From Pavona decussata (lineage: Eukaryota): DNA of 64,000 nucleotides. The notes beneath the pieces were generated by a model that saw nothing but the letters and a program-made list of their open reading frames with translations, searched no databases and was not told the DNA's origin. Positions 52,401 through 64,000 of this stretch are shown piece after piece. Location: positions 4,898,001 to 4,962,000 of the forward strand of contig CDRNST010000436.1 in NCBI GenBank assembly GCA_977016875.1, given 5' to 3'. Position 1 is the stretch's first letter; each line of letters starts with the position of its first letter. A program made the position numbers and the translations under genes.

Positions 52401-55400
52401 TGAATTTATAAGTTTTAGTTTGTTATTGTTGAATACTTGATCACTGATGTATTTTCAAACTACATTTAAACCAGGCTCTTGTTTCTCCTGGTAGCTCACG
52501 CTTCATGAGAGAGGCCAGTCTTTAGACATGGCAGTGTATGACCAAGCATCACTGGCTTTGGATGACGACTATGAAGATGTCCGATTGGTGGCCATAAAGT
52601 TAATTTGGGTCTTCAGTCTTGCAGACCCTGAGAGGTGGGTACAAGACTTTAGGCACCAATGATGACCAGGGACTAGATTCATGACATCTTCCTAAGTATG
52701 TAGATGTATTTTAGTAGTGACCAGCATTCAATTTGTCATTACAATATTCACTGTTGATCAACCACTCAGGTTGTGAGAATAATGGAAATGATCACCAAGG
52801 ACAAGTTGTTTTGATGTGTAAACAAATTCTCCTCACTGGTACCATAAGAAATGTTTGAGAACAGTTATGAGAAAATGAATATTGATATCGGGGCTTGACC
52901 ATAGCCGTTGTTGGCATAACAATCGGCTATTATCAGGAAACAATACTTAGGAAACATCTTAACTAAGGAAGACTTCATGAATCCAGCCCAGGATCTGAGT
53001 TCTCCGTATAATATATTTGTTGTTGGTTCTCGTCCCTGCTCCGAGGGTTTTTCTCCGGGTTCTCCGGTTTTCCTCCCTCCACAAAAACCAACATTTCCAA
53101 ATTCCAATTCGACCTGGAAACAGTGGATGGAAGAACCACCCTGTGGAATCCACTAAAATTCTCATTTCCCATTAATATCAGTATAATTATGATCAAGTTC
53201 TCCCAAACCTAATAATAATAATAATTTACATTTGCTTAGCGCCAACCTCTATGTGGATATATTCGGTTGCGCTTCACAATATTGTTAAAATAGAATTATG
53301 TTAAGAGCAACTAAGAACACAAGAAACTATTAAAAACTTCAAGCCCATACAATCAAAGGCAGTGATTACCTAGTCAATAAACTAGTTAAAAGACAAGACA
53401 TGAATAAAAATCTATTTAAAGGCGTAAAATTAAAGAAATGAGTTTAACAGCAGTCTTGAAAGTGTCCAATGTCTTAATGTTGCGAATTGTTGAAGGTAAT
53501 GCATTCCAAAGATAAGGTGCCGCTGACTGGAATGCACGATCACCAAGGGTTGGACGAGTCTTAGTGCCAGGTACCTCAAGTAATAAAGACTCGTTTGACC
53601 TAAGAGAGTACCTGGATTGCTTTTTGATGCTAATTAATTCAATCAAATGATTAGGAGCTAGACGAGATAAGCACTTAAATGTCAAAAGTAGAATCTTAAA
53701 CTTTATACGGTAACTAATCGGGAGCCAATGAAGGTGACAAAGCAATGGTGTAACATGACAGAATCTTGGTGTTCCCATGACCAACTGAGCTGCGGCATTT
53801 TGGAGAAGTTACATTTCTAAATTGCATTTGAGATACACAGAGAAAATGTTTTCAGTTTTGTTTAGATTACATGTACGGCTGTATGAAGCACAAAAAAACA
53901 TACCAGATTCCTGTAGAATAATAGCACAAGTATGCAGCTTAAGTTTAAACTGAACAAAAAATGCATTGACTAAATGATGTTTTTTTTTAATAGACCATTT
54001 CCGAGTTGCTTCGAACCTCATTATGAAAGCGAGGCTAAGTGTAAAGTTTTTGTTATGAAAATTAGTTTTGATTCAAATGCATACAAATTTGATTTTCATA
54101 TGAAAAGTTTTACACTTAGCCTCGCTTTCATGGTGAGGTTCACAGCAACTTGGAAATAGCCTATGACATTTCTGTGGTTTTCTTGTAGACTTGTCAAGCT
54201 ACCATCCTCAGATGATGCTCGCCTTATTGATGACGCTTTTATCAAAATTTGTCACATGGTGAATGATTTGTCCATGAATGTGCGTAGTGAGGCTGCACGT
54301 CTGTTGGGATCACTCCATCTTGTCAGTCCAAAGTTTCTGGAGCAGACTCTGGATAAGAAGCTTATGTCTCACCTAAAGGCAAGTCAAATGATGATTTTTA
54401 AAATCAAATCAATCAAACTTTATTCACCATACAAATGCAAAATACAAAATTCATAGAAGAAAGGTTACACGCAAAACAGAAAGAAAAAGAAAAGAAAAGA
54501 GGTGAGGAAGCTTATTTTTGTACGCAAGTATTTTTTCTAAAGACTTTGTATTTGTCTCGAAAATAAAGTGAAAATCAGTTGACCGTGCAAGGGATAATTT
54601 TTCTTCCTAAGATGTTTCACTGAGGCACTCTATTTGTATCATGATCTACAAAAGTGTTTATTGTGTTTCCCACCACTTAAATATTACATGAACATTTCCA
54701 AATTCACTTAAGATCGTGGTGACTACGCTGCAATTGTGCCCTTTCTCTTTCATCAAGAAAATTGCTGTTGTATGATGTTGTGGTTCAAAACATTTGGGGG
54801 TTAAAAATTTTCAAACCAGTTTGATTTTTATTTCCCTTTATCTCAGATTATGAAAATGAATACTGCATAAAGGAAAATAAAAATGAAACTGGTTTGAAAA
54901 AAATTAAACCACAACATATACATGTATTATGAGTTGACCCTCAATATATCATTTTACCACATAGCCACTTCTTTATTAATATCCAAGAAATTCATCTATC
55001 CCGGAAAGAACTAAATTATTAGTAACCGTGTTTCCAGATCAGGGTCAGAGATCTACCCAAAAGCTTTGTCATGAGCAAGCGAATCCAGTGTACAAAAGTT
55101 TTTAGAAAACTTCTTTAATCACTTCTTTATTCTTGCATTTTTAGAGGAGGAAAACTGAACATGAGAAGCGAAAGGAGATTCATGCAGCAGGTGGGTCTGA
55201 CGAGGGCTGGAGCACTGGGAGAACATGGGGTGATAAAGCCCCTGAAGCTGAACTGGATCCTGAGGATGTCAGTCTCATGAGCAGTGGAGCATGTGGAGCT
55301 TTTGTTCATGGTCTGGAGGATGAATTCCTGGAAGTGCGCACCGCTGCTGTGGACTCGCTTTGTGAATTAGCCTATCAGAATGCACCATTTGCTGTGCTTT

Positions 55401-55741
55401 CATTGGATTTCTTGGCTGACATGATGAATGATGAAATTGAAAGTGTGCGATTAAATTCTATAAACAGTCTGCGTAAAATAAGCCAGCATATTCAGCTGCG
55501 CGAGGATCAGCTGGAGACACTGCTAGGTGTGTTGGAAGATTTCTCTAGTGACACCAGGGAAGCTGTGCGCGAGTTGCTGTGTCACTGTGTCTTATCCACA
55601 AGGGCAAGTTTACATGCTGCCATCCATGCTCTACTGGGGAATTTAGCAAAATATCCCCAGGATAGAGCATCTATTTGGCGGTAAGTACACAGAAAGCAGC
55701 TTGGAGGCATTTTTGTCAACATGAAATAATAATAACCATAC

Positions 55742-55794
<53 letters not shown>

Positions 55795-56794
55795 GACAGT
55801 GTGAAAGACAGTGCTCTTGGGAAGTGTGAGAATGCTCCGCAGAGTCCTTGGTATCTAAAGTGACTTTATTGACACCTGGCTGAGGATGGTAACACCACCA
55901 GCATTTGTGCTGTGAACAGTTATATCATCATCATCATCATCATCATCATCATACCACCTAGCACAACATAATAAACAACACTAAAGAAAAGTACTGCTCA
56001 GTAGCTTTCATTTGAATGGTCACACTTTTCATTTACAGGCTTAAAAGTTAGAATCACCTTGTACAGCAAAATAAACAGCACCACAGGAAAGTACTGCTCA
56101 GTAGATTATGTTTTTTTTTTTATGTGGAAAATTCAGTGTTCCAGATAACTTTCAAAATCAGAGAATCAATGAAGAATTTTGAGGAGTCAATAGCTCTGGT
56201 TCTCTCTAAATCTTCCTACGTTTGCCATTTATTTTGTCGGGTCAGGAAGCTAGGCTTCTTGGATTTTTGACCTGAGATCGCTCTCTTATCTGGAACACTG
56301 GAAATGAAGAAACTTGAAACTTGAAAAATGTAAATGAGAATGGTCACACTTCAGAATTTATTAATGGTTCAGTAACTTAACAGCAATACATACCTCCATG
56401 TTTAATTCAGAGACAGAAATACTTCCTAAACATAAACAAGAAAATAACAAGAAAATTATAATTTTCTTTTTATTCCTTTCTCTTTATTCTCAGATGTGCC
56501 AAGTTTCTAGGGGAGAAGCATCAACACCTTGCATCATCCCTTGTACCAGAGCTTCTCTCCACTCATCCATTCTTTGCCACACCCGAGCCATCCATTGACG
56601 ACCCAGCCTATGTGGCCATTCTTATTCTAGTCTTCAATGCCACAGCTAAAAGTCCCACCATGTTGACTATGTTTCCTGATCACACTACACGTCACTATGG
56701 ATACTTGCGTGACAGCCAGTCTGAACTGGTGCCTCATCTTGACATAGAACAAGGGGATGTCAACTTGGGTGAGAAAAAGGCTGAAGCAGAAGGT

Positions 56795-56826
<32 letters not shown>

Positions 56827-59362
56827 TTTATTTAGGTGTCAATGTATTTAGCGCAGAGCACTAATTGCGGACACTTTCCAGATTGAATTGGAAGTTAGGA
56901 ATGTTGGTTTTTGAGGAGAGGGGAAAAATGGAGTACCCAGAGAAAAACCTCTCAGAACAAGGACCAGAACCAACAACAAGAGAGAAATGAGAAATGATAG
57001 AGTAAAATTCTGAAAACATGTATATCAAGACTGTTAAATTTGATACCATTTCCACCAGTGTTCGACACTAACGCTTGCCTGATTGCCCGGGACAAATAAG
57101 ATATCTCTGTAGGCTTGTTAAACTCTTCTAAAACTTGCCCGATCGGGCAATCACATTTCTTGTTCCTGAAATTAAGCAAACTAAAGGGAGAGTACTGCTC
57201 AGTAGCTTTCATTTGAATGGTCACACTTCAGGATTTCACCCTCAGACTCAAAAGTTAGAACCACCTTCCACAGCACCACAGGAAGGTACTGCTCAGTAGC
57301 TTTCATTTGAATGGTCACACTTTAGGATTTCACCCACAGACTCAAAAGTTAGAACCACCTTCTACAGCTTAATAAACAGCACCACAGGAAAGTACTGCTC
57401 AGTATCTTTCGTTTGAATGGTCACGCTTTAAGATTTCATATACAGATCCAAAAGGTAGAACCACCTTCTACAGCATAATAAACAGCACTTTCATTTGAAT
57501 GCTCACACTTTAGGATTTGATCCACAGACTTTGTTTGGTTAGTCCAACAAACTTCGCAAGTCGCATTTTCTTTTACTGTCGACAATCACCTAACTGGCTT
57601 TCTTATTTGTTTGCAGGGTCACAAAATGCAAAGAGCTTTTTTGAAAGCGTTCAGATGCGGCTTATGACTGTTTCATCACGGAACCCAGTAAACGTGCAAC
57701 AATGTCTACAAACAGCTATTCAAGACCTACTTCATGTAAAGAGCATCGACTCGTGTCTTTCTGTCGATGCGGAGTGTCTTTCATTGTACCTCCAGTGTCA
57801 GCGAATGGTACTCCAAGCTCAAAATGATAAGATATGGAACATACCAGCAGCACTTTGTACTCATCAGGGGTCGGGTTTGAAATCCCTGGTCGAAAACATT
57901 CTCTCAACTTCATATCGCATTGAACATACTTTCTCGGGCTTGAGTCCTCAACAAATCTTCCTGCTCCGGCAGTTAAGGCTCATCGCGCACGCGTTACAGA
58001 TTCTTGTCACGCAACGCTACAGCAGCGCGCGTGAAAGAGGTTTGAACTCCATGCTTCAAGTATGGGAATCATTTTTGATGAGAATCAAAACCTTTTCAAA
58101 TTTTATCAATGCTGAAAACATCAGTACAGATGCCTTCTGTGCGGGTATAGTCTCCTTTCCTAGTTTCTTTGAATCAAACATTACCAACCCTTCAGGAGTG
58201 ATAGATTATGTTCACTCAGTCATACTTCCTCATCAAGTTGCATCACTTCAGTTGACTACAAGTTTGCGCCAAGCATCTGCTGTGTTGAACGAACCCCGCG
58301 GTGGGTCGGACAATCCCCTTTGTTTTTCTGCTGGCCTGACATTGGGAATCAATGTTGAAGCAATGTTGGAGAACGTGGCGGATGCAAGCAAGATCAGGGT
58401 ACAGGTAGGCATTGTGTGTAATTTCCTCGTGCGTTTTTGTATCTTATGAGTGATTAATCACTCAGTTGATCTGCAGCCCTCGTATGCTCCGGTTGGTTGA
58501 ATCTCTGGCGCTCTGAAAGAGTTTTGAATCTGTTCGAATTTTCATCAAAATCAATGATAGTCCTAACTTGTTTCACGGTTAATCAATTTCTTACAAATTA
58601 TTTGCCTTATTCTCTTGGTCCATCTTTCTTACGTTTATGGTCAGGAGAATTTAAGGGTTAATCAATTTACTTCATCTTGACAGGTCGTGTTCCCGGATTT
58701 AAGCTGTCATTGGTTCATTCCCAAACGCGATGACCTTCACGATTTATCTCCGAACAAGCAACGACTTTCTACGACTGTCATCTTATCGCATACTGGATGG
58801 TCTGGTAAGTCTTCTTCTGTTACTGTCTACCCCGCTCCTTATTTTCCTCCATTCCTTTAGTTTTATGAGAGACTGTTGTTTATTAACCCACACAAACTTC
58901 AGCCGTTCAGCTCTGCGCACCCGTGGTGCTGTTAATTTTGTTAAAGGTGGTTCTGATATTTTGCGTCTTCACATTCTCTTATGTAAACTGCTACGCTATT
59001 CTTTCCTGTAGTGCAGTTTATTATGTTGTACAAGGTAGTTTCGACTCAAACACAAAATCCTTGGCTTCTATTTTTCCGGTTACTTTATGCCCTGCTTTTT
59101 TTTTTTGGGGGGGGGGGGGGTGGGAGGAAGGGGGGGCAAGGGCAAGTCTTCCGTGAATAAGCAACGAATGACCGTTTTTGCATTACAAACGGGTACTTCA
59201 TTAACCAGCTGCGTCTAAGTAGATGTATAAACAGACAAGAAATTAAGACCATGCTACGAAGATGGATTATCCAATCTCTTTAGCAGGCCCCCATTTAAAC
59301 CAGCATAAGCTGAATTGTACCTGCCTGCATAAATATCGCTGATAAATAAATAAATAAATGAA

Positions 59363-59401
<39 letters not shown>

Positions 59402-60242
59402 ATATAGCAGCACCTAACAGAGGTACTGTTTGTAATGCTGTGCGAGGTAATTCTTAAGTTGGTGTGGCTCATAACTTAAAGGTTACAAGTCCAGCTATAA
59501 TATAACAGCAGCTCCTTGGTGGAAATTCAACAAAATTTGACAGATTTCTCCTTGGGATTGTTGTGGAGGTAATGGACTAAACTAAGTCTCAGTCTTTTTC
59601 TGGCCTTCAACGCGAAGGTTACAATTCAAGCCATAATTTATATGAATTCTTTATTAACAAATGCCAAAAGAAACATCCCCGGAGTCATACGTCTGGACTT
59701 ACAGTTTCATATAACTAACTACTATAAAAAAGAGCTAATCCCAAACTATTGAGAAATGTGCAAAGACAGTTAGATAAAATTGGAAAGGCATCTATTCACA
59801 AAACAGCGTTTATGACGTTCAGTTCTGACACGTGGCAGGATGTAAGGGTGTCCCCTTTTCCTAAGGCTTCTTGATCTCTGGGGTGGAAGCAGTTCATGAA
59901 GGGGATGAGTATTATCAGCAGCAATTTGAGAGTATTTTCCTTCGTGGAAGTTATTAAAAAAAATTACAGATTTCACAACGAGGTTTTTGAAAAGGTACTG
60001 GGTTAATTGAAGTTTCTCCTACTCCAGAGCCAGGACTGATCGAGGTGTCGCTTGTTCTCAAATACACACCTGATGTTGACGAGGAGAGTGTATTGAGCCT
60101 TGGGTCACATCCAGTCAGCGGCACAGATAAAGAACCCAAGGTTGTGAAGAAAACGAAGAACACTACTGATAGTCTGATAGATGGTGTTATTAACCTCTGC
60201 CCTCCCGTGCAAGTGTGTATCATGCCCAAGGCTATACGATGA
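49446..60242 (+). CDS. INTS4: Integrator complex subunit 4; exons 49446-49854, 51038-51105, 51626-51664, 51979-52164, 52495-52634, 54189-54378, 55145-55680, 56494-56792, 57617-58404, 58684-58804, 60028-60242
   Basis: HEAT-repeat protein with INTS4 signatures DSDPRVRTSAL, RLIDDAFIKICHMVNDLSMNVR, FLEQTLDKKLMS, SGACGAFVHGLEDEFLEVR, SLDFLADMMNDEIESVRL and YPQDRASIW. Frames are consistent across exons; intron 54379-55144 is GC-AG. Confidence 0.94.
53212..53810 (-). mobile_element. L2-clade LINE 3' fragment in an INTS4 intron
   Basis: HVTPLL.HLHWLPI..RIKFKILLLTFKCL...GDRAFQSAAPYLWNALP...FKT, followed by a 3' UTR ending in (TTA)n. Confidence 0.85.
53992..54162. mobile_element. Palindromic MITE of the same terminal type (INTS4 intron)
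   Basis: AT|AGACCATTTCCGAGTTGC...GCAACTTGGAAATAGCCT|AT; internal IR ATGAAAGCGAGGCTAAGTGTAAA/TTTACACTTAGCCTCGCTTTCAT. Confidence 0.85.
55742..55793. repeat. (AAT)n microsatellite; others are (ATC)n at ~55924-55951 and (TAAA)n at ~59342-59402
   Basis: Direct reading. Confidence 0.95.
57185..57530 (+). repeat. ~106-bp satellite array (INTS4 intron); a shorter copy lies at 55965-56105
   Basis: Same unit. Confidence 0.9.
59680..59950 (-). mobile_element. LINE 3' fragment in the last INTS4 intron
   Basis: HPLHELLPP...LRKRGHPYILPRVRTERHKRCFVNRCL, typical of a LINE ORF2 C-terminus. Confidence 0.7.
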
Positions 60243-61560
60243 CATTGTGTACCTACTGCATTGAGGGGGTGGGGGTGGGGTGTATTTCTTTCGCTTTCCT
60301 GTCCAGCGTGAGGAAATTGTTATAAAGTGTTGATGGTAGTTTAATTGAATTATCAAACTTGCGATTATAACAGAAAATGTTTCTTTTGGTAACGTGTAAA
60401 TTGACTTCGACGTTAAGTGAACACGTGATTATACTAGTAATATCATTTGCACGTATGAGAAAACTGGTTGCTGCCTGAGGATCGAAAGTGTTCCCTTTAT
60501 AAATTAATTCGCATACCTTTCAGGCAATCGCCCTGAAGATGATCGACACTCGATAAAGGAAAATTCTTGAAAGTTATGTTGTTGACATTGATTACCCGGG
60601 TTGATTATTCTTATTATTCGCGATTTCGTCTCGAATTCCACATAGTGCCATGTCTGCCTTCACTTTATCGATTACAGTGGTAGCTAACAAGTCGTACAAT
60701 CTGTCAAATTCGAAAAAACTCGAGAAGTAATGTACAGTTGCCCTGTAGTAAGAAGAGTGGTTCGCTCCGATGGGGAATGACTAAGGAGACAACATTCAGG
60801 CTACGGTTATAATTTGAGGACTACCTTATCCGAAAACCAAAGAACGCATATACAAGGCGTGTGTTTGTAGAAAAATGGTCTTACACCAGAACTTTGGCAG
60901 ACCATAATCTTGCCGAAATCGATAAACGAATTTCCAATCATGCAATCTTCCATATCATCTCTCGTTGGCATTTTTTTTCAGCAGGGTAAAACTGCATGAA
61001 CAGCTGAGCTTAAACATTACACTTGAATGAAATAGGTAATAAATACGCGATAAAATGTTTGAAAAAAGTTTCCGAAATTTTCATCGTGTAATTATTACGC
61101 TTACGCTTTTTAGCCTAGGTGATACGTTACAATTGGGGCTCTGCCCTGTTCGTCTCTCCGGTCACGCCACAGCATTGTTATTCTTCTTCTTTTTCTAATG
61201 TCATATGTCAATATTTATGTATTTATTTCCTTGTGACGAATTACAATAAACTAAACTATTATTTCATTTCCATACCATCGGGTGGTTGGCTGGTTCGCTA
61301 AATATTTGAATGACACTTTAATTGTTTTACTGGATATTAAAATCGTTTTCAAATGACAAGCTTGACATGGCAACATTTTATTTTATTTCAGATTTTTCAT
61401 TACGCGACTTTCAACATCCCAGTGGGTTGTTATACACATTATTTGTGCATTATACTGAGTTGTCTTGCTTCACGTAGGCACAATAGGCCACTTTCAACCT
61501 TCCCTTCCTATTCAGTGTCACTTCCCTCCCAGTGGCAGTATTTACTGCCGTTCCAGTATA

Positions 61561-61562
61561 CA

Positions 61563-61598
<36 letters not shown>

Positions 61599-62007
61599 GA
61601 ACGTCTAATTTTGGAGCTGAGGCTGAACGTTCTTATATCTTTGCGATTTGAGGCTGAAAACGTTCTTAAGATGTTCGTAAATTACACGGTATACACTACA
61701 TGTATTTCAGTAGATCAATGCGGACGTGACCAAGAAACCTCTCAAAGTACATTGCCTGCTGAGATATGGTGTCAAGAACTGCTGATTATGACAAACTGAG
61801 ATGTGTGTCACCATTGTTAATGTTTATACGAAGGTATTTTGGTTAATTTACATTTGTGACCTTGATTTTATATACAGATTTTCAAAATAAATGCTTAATC
61901 GACTCTCAGCCTGAGGAATCATGTGTTCCTAATACGTTCTTGAAATTTTGCATAATCTCAGCCTCGACGTTCTTATAAAAAAAGGTTCTTATAAAAAAAA
62001 CGGAGTG
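61561..62007. mobile_element. TA-flanked TIR MITE
   Basis: TA|CACTC(T)nATAAGAAC...GTTCTTATAAAAAAAACGGAGTG|TA; internal CTGAGGCTGA/TCAGCCT repeats. Confidence 0.7.
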
Positions 62008-62411
62008 TACTAGTTTTAAAATATGTTAGTTCAGAAGATACGCTGTTTCATGCAAACAACTAAGTCGGGTACAATTTAATAAAACTTTTACTCGTCTTGT
62101 AGCCAAGAAACTGCGCTGTTTTAATTACACACCAATGCACGAAATGATTGCAACAAACGTTGTTAAAAGTCTTTTACGATGAGGATTATGAACTCGTTTT
62201 TGAACTCTTTGTTAAGTTCTTTCTCATGTTGGCACGTACAAGCAGGGGTCTAATTTGTATTTTTTATTTACTGCACATGATCGTTTTACATAAGGTTACA
62301 GTGCGTAAGAAAGGAGTGGAGAAGGGCATAATATTGTTAACTTATTGTATGCCCTTTAAAATTACGATACAATAGTTGTTAAGATAGAAAAAAAAAAAAA
62401 AGGAAAACCAA

Positions 62412-62675
62412 TTATAAATAGAGGACAAGAAAGGCGGAAAACGTTTTATAAGGTTGTGTAGTAGTGATTAAAACTGAGCAAAATAATACAGCTCGTTTAA
62501 GTAGTTGTTTTGTTGGTTTCCGACGAATAGATATAGCAATATCATTCCAGTAATAGCATCCAATAATTGTTGGGAGTAGTATGGCACATGAGGGGATCAG
62601 CGCCTTTTTCCAAAATATGGTTAATTTTTTGCGCTGATATTTTTTTAAAAAAAATAGAATCAATTGTTTTTCCAA
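62412..62675 (-). CDS. Small intronless ORF (87 aa) divergent from the pPolB-like gene, possibly part of the same element; unknown function
   Basis: Listed in the ORF track; composition matches the adjacent element; no domain recognised. Confidence 0.25.
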   Translation of the reverse strand: MEKQLILFFLKKYQRKKLTIFWKKALIPSCAILLPTIIGCYYWNDIAISIRRKPTKQLLKRAVLFCSVLITTTQPYKTFSAFLVLYL

Positions 62676-62913
62676 GTCGAAATATCCTCAAGGCATTTTC
62701 AAAAGAAAACTTTTTTGGAATTCTATATTAAAATATCCACAAAAGTGCGTTTAAAAAATCATCATATGGAATCAGGAGTCATTTCGACGCTTGGGTGTTA
62801 TTTGAATAAATATGGCTCAGGCGAAGCGACGATGGAGTTACCGCTTTTAATTGCGCAGATAATTTCCCAAGGTCAAATCCAAAAGGCTTAAAAAGAAACC
62901 GCTTATATATAAT

Positions 62914-64000
62914 ATGGAGAAAATTCCAGAAAAAAAATCTAATCCTATATATATGGAAAAATTATCAAAATCTGAATTATTAGAAATCATTTATAAGCAA
63001 AGTGAGAATGTTGCTGCATTAACAAAACAAGTGAAGCAATTAATCGAACGAAACAAACCAGTTCCAGCCCCGAGAACGAAAAAAGGTATGAAGCGACCTA
63101 TTCCAGCACCACATAAAAATGTCAAGCAAATGATTAAAGAATATGAGGAAAATATTATTACACCAATTCCACCTCCCCGCACTAAAATAAAGCAAGTGAA
63201 TATAGCTTTAAAAGGTTATACTGAATCATATGAGGTAACAGTAATCGATGATAAAGATCCATTAGTTCAATTGCAAAAAACAAGACAAAAACTAGGATTT
63301 TATATCAAAAACATATTAGAATCCATGAAAGGTTTGAAGTTTATTGAAACTCTGAAAGTGACGTTTGAAAAAACAACAGGCGATATAATTATATCCAAGA
63401 CGGCATATTTTAACAATAAGGCTCAAACGATCATCAACCAAACAGAAATTGCTGAAGCACTAAAATTGACTGCAGAGCAAATCTTGAATAGGATAGCTCA
63501 ATGGATATCAGAGGGTTCAGGATGGATCATAAAATCAATCGACAATCATTATCTGAATATTGTACGATATAAACCAATGAAGGGTTCATCGTATCTTAAA
63601 CTGCCAATTGAATTACAAAATAAGAAAGGATTAATCAATCTGCAGAATAAAGACAATGAATGTTTTAGATGGTGCCATGTGAGACATCTTTGTCCAATGG
63701 ATAAAGACCCGCAGCGTATTAAAAAATCTGACCGAAAATATGTTAGTGAATTGAATTATGATGGAGTTGTATTTCCTGTTTCCATCAAACAGATAAATAA
63801 AATTGAATTACAAAATTAAATCAATATCAATGTTTTCGGTTATGAGAATAAACAACCATATCCACTTTATATATCAAAAGAAAAGTTTGAAGATCATATG
63901 GAATTATTGCTTATATCTGAAAATGAGAATAAACAATTTGTGTACATCAAAGATTTTAATAGATTTATGTTTAACCAAACCAAGCATAAAAATAAGAAAC
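62914..64000 (+). mobile_element. Polinton/Maverick/adintovirus-like protein-primed DNA polymerase B gene, N-terminal part, with in-frame stop at 63817-63819; continues beyond the window
   Basis: Intronless, very AT-rich ORF with EGSGW...YKPMKGSSYLKLP..L.NKKGLINLQN.DNECFRWC. The same frame resumes after the TAA with INVFGY...YPLYISK...YIKDFNRFMFNQTKHKNKK, the pattern seen upstream of pPolB in invertebrate Polinton-like elements. Confidence 0.75.

Noticed and set aside
60470-60565. Second hammerhead-like motif (CTGAAGA-TG-ATCGA-CAC-TCGAT)
   Set aside because: The stem II hairpin is present, but the GAAA box does not follow directly and there is no stem III; at best a decayed remnant.

Overview
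Eukaryotic, AT-rich, intron-rich animal DNA. The repeat families suggest a cnidarian, most likely a stony coral (inference). Five spliced genes were reconstructed by hand from splice sites and frame continuity: (1) the 3' part of a cyclic-nucleotide-gated channel alpha subunit (+, 3144-6565); (2) an RFX4-like (RFX4/6/8 group) transcription factor (-, 14 coding exons, about 10285-24795); (3) a compact 3-exon RING-IBR-RING (RBR) E3-ligase-like gene ending in a CaaX prenylation motif (-, 35326-37686); (4) COPS6 (+, 10 exons, 40545-46922); (5) INTS4 (+, 11 exons, 49446-60242, with one GC-AG intron). The window ends in the 5' part of a Polinton/Maverick/adintovirus-type DNA polymerase gene that carries an in-frame stop. 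Introns and intergenic DNA hold a dispersed ~106-bp satellite, many MITEs, SINEs, LINE 3' ends and a Penelope-type hammerhead ribozyme motif. The most unusual candidate is the apparently prenylated RBR ligase. No database searches were run, so all family assignments come from motif recognition.
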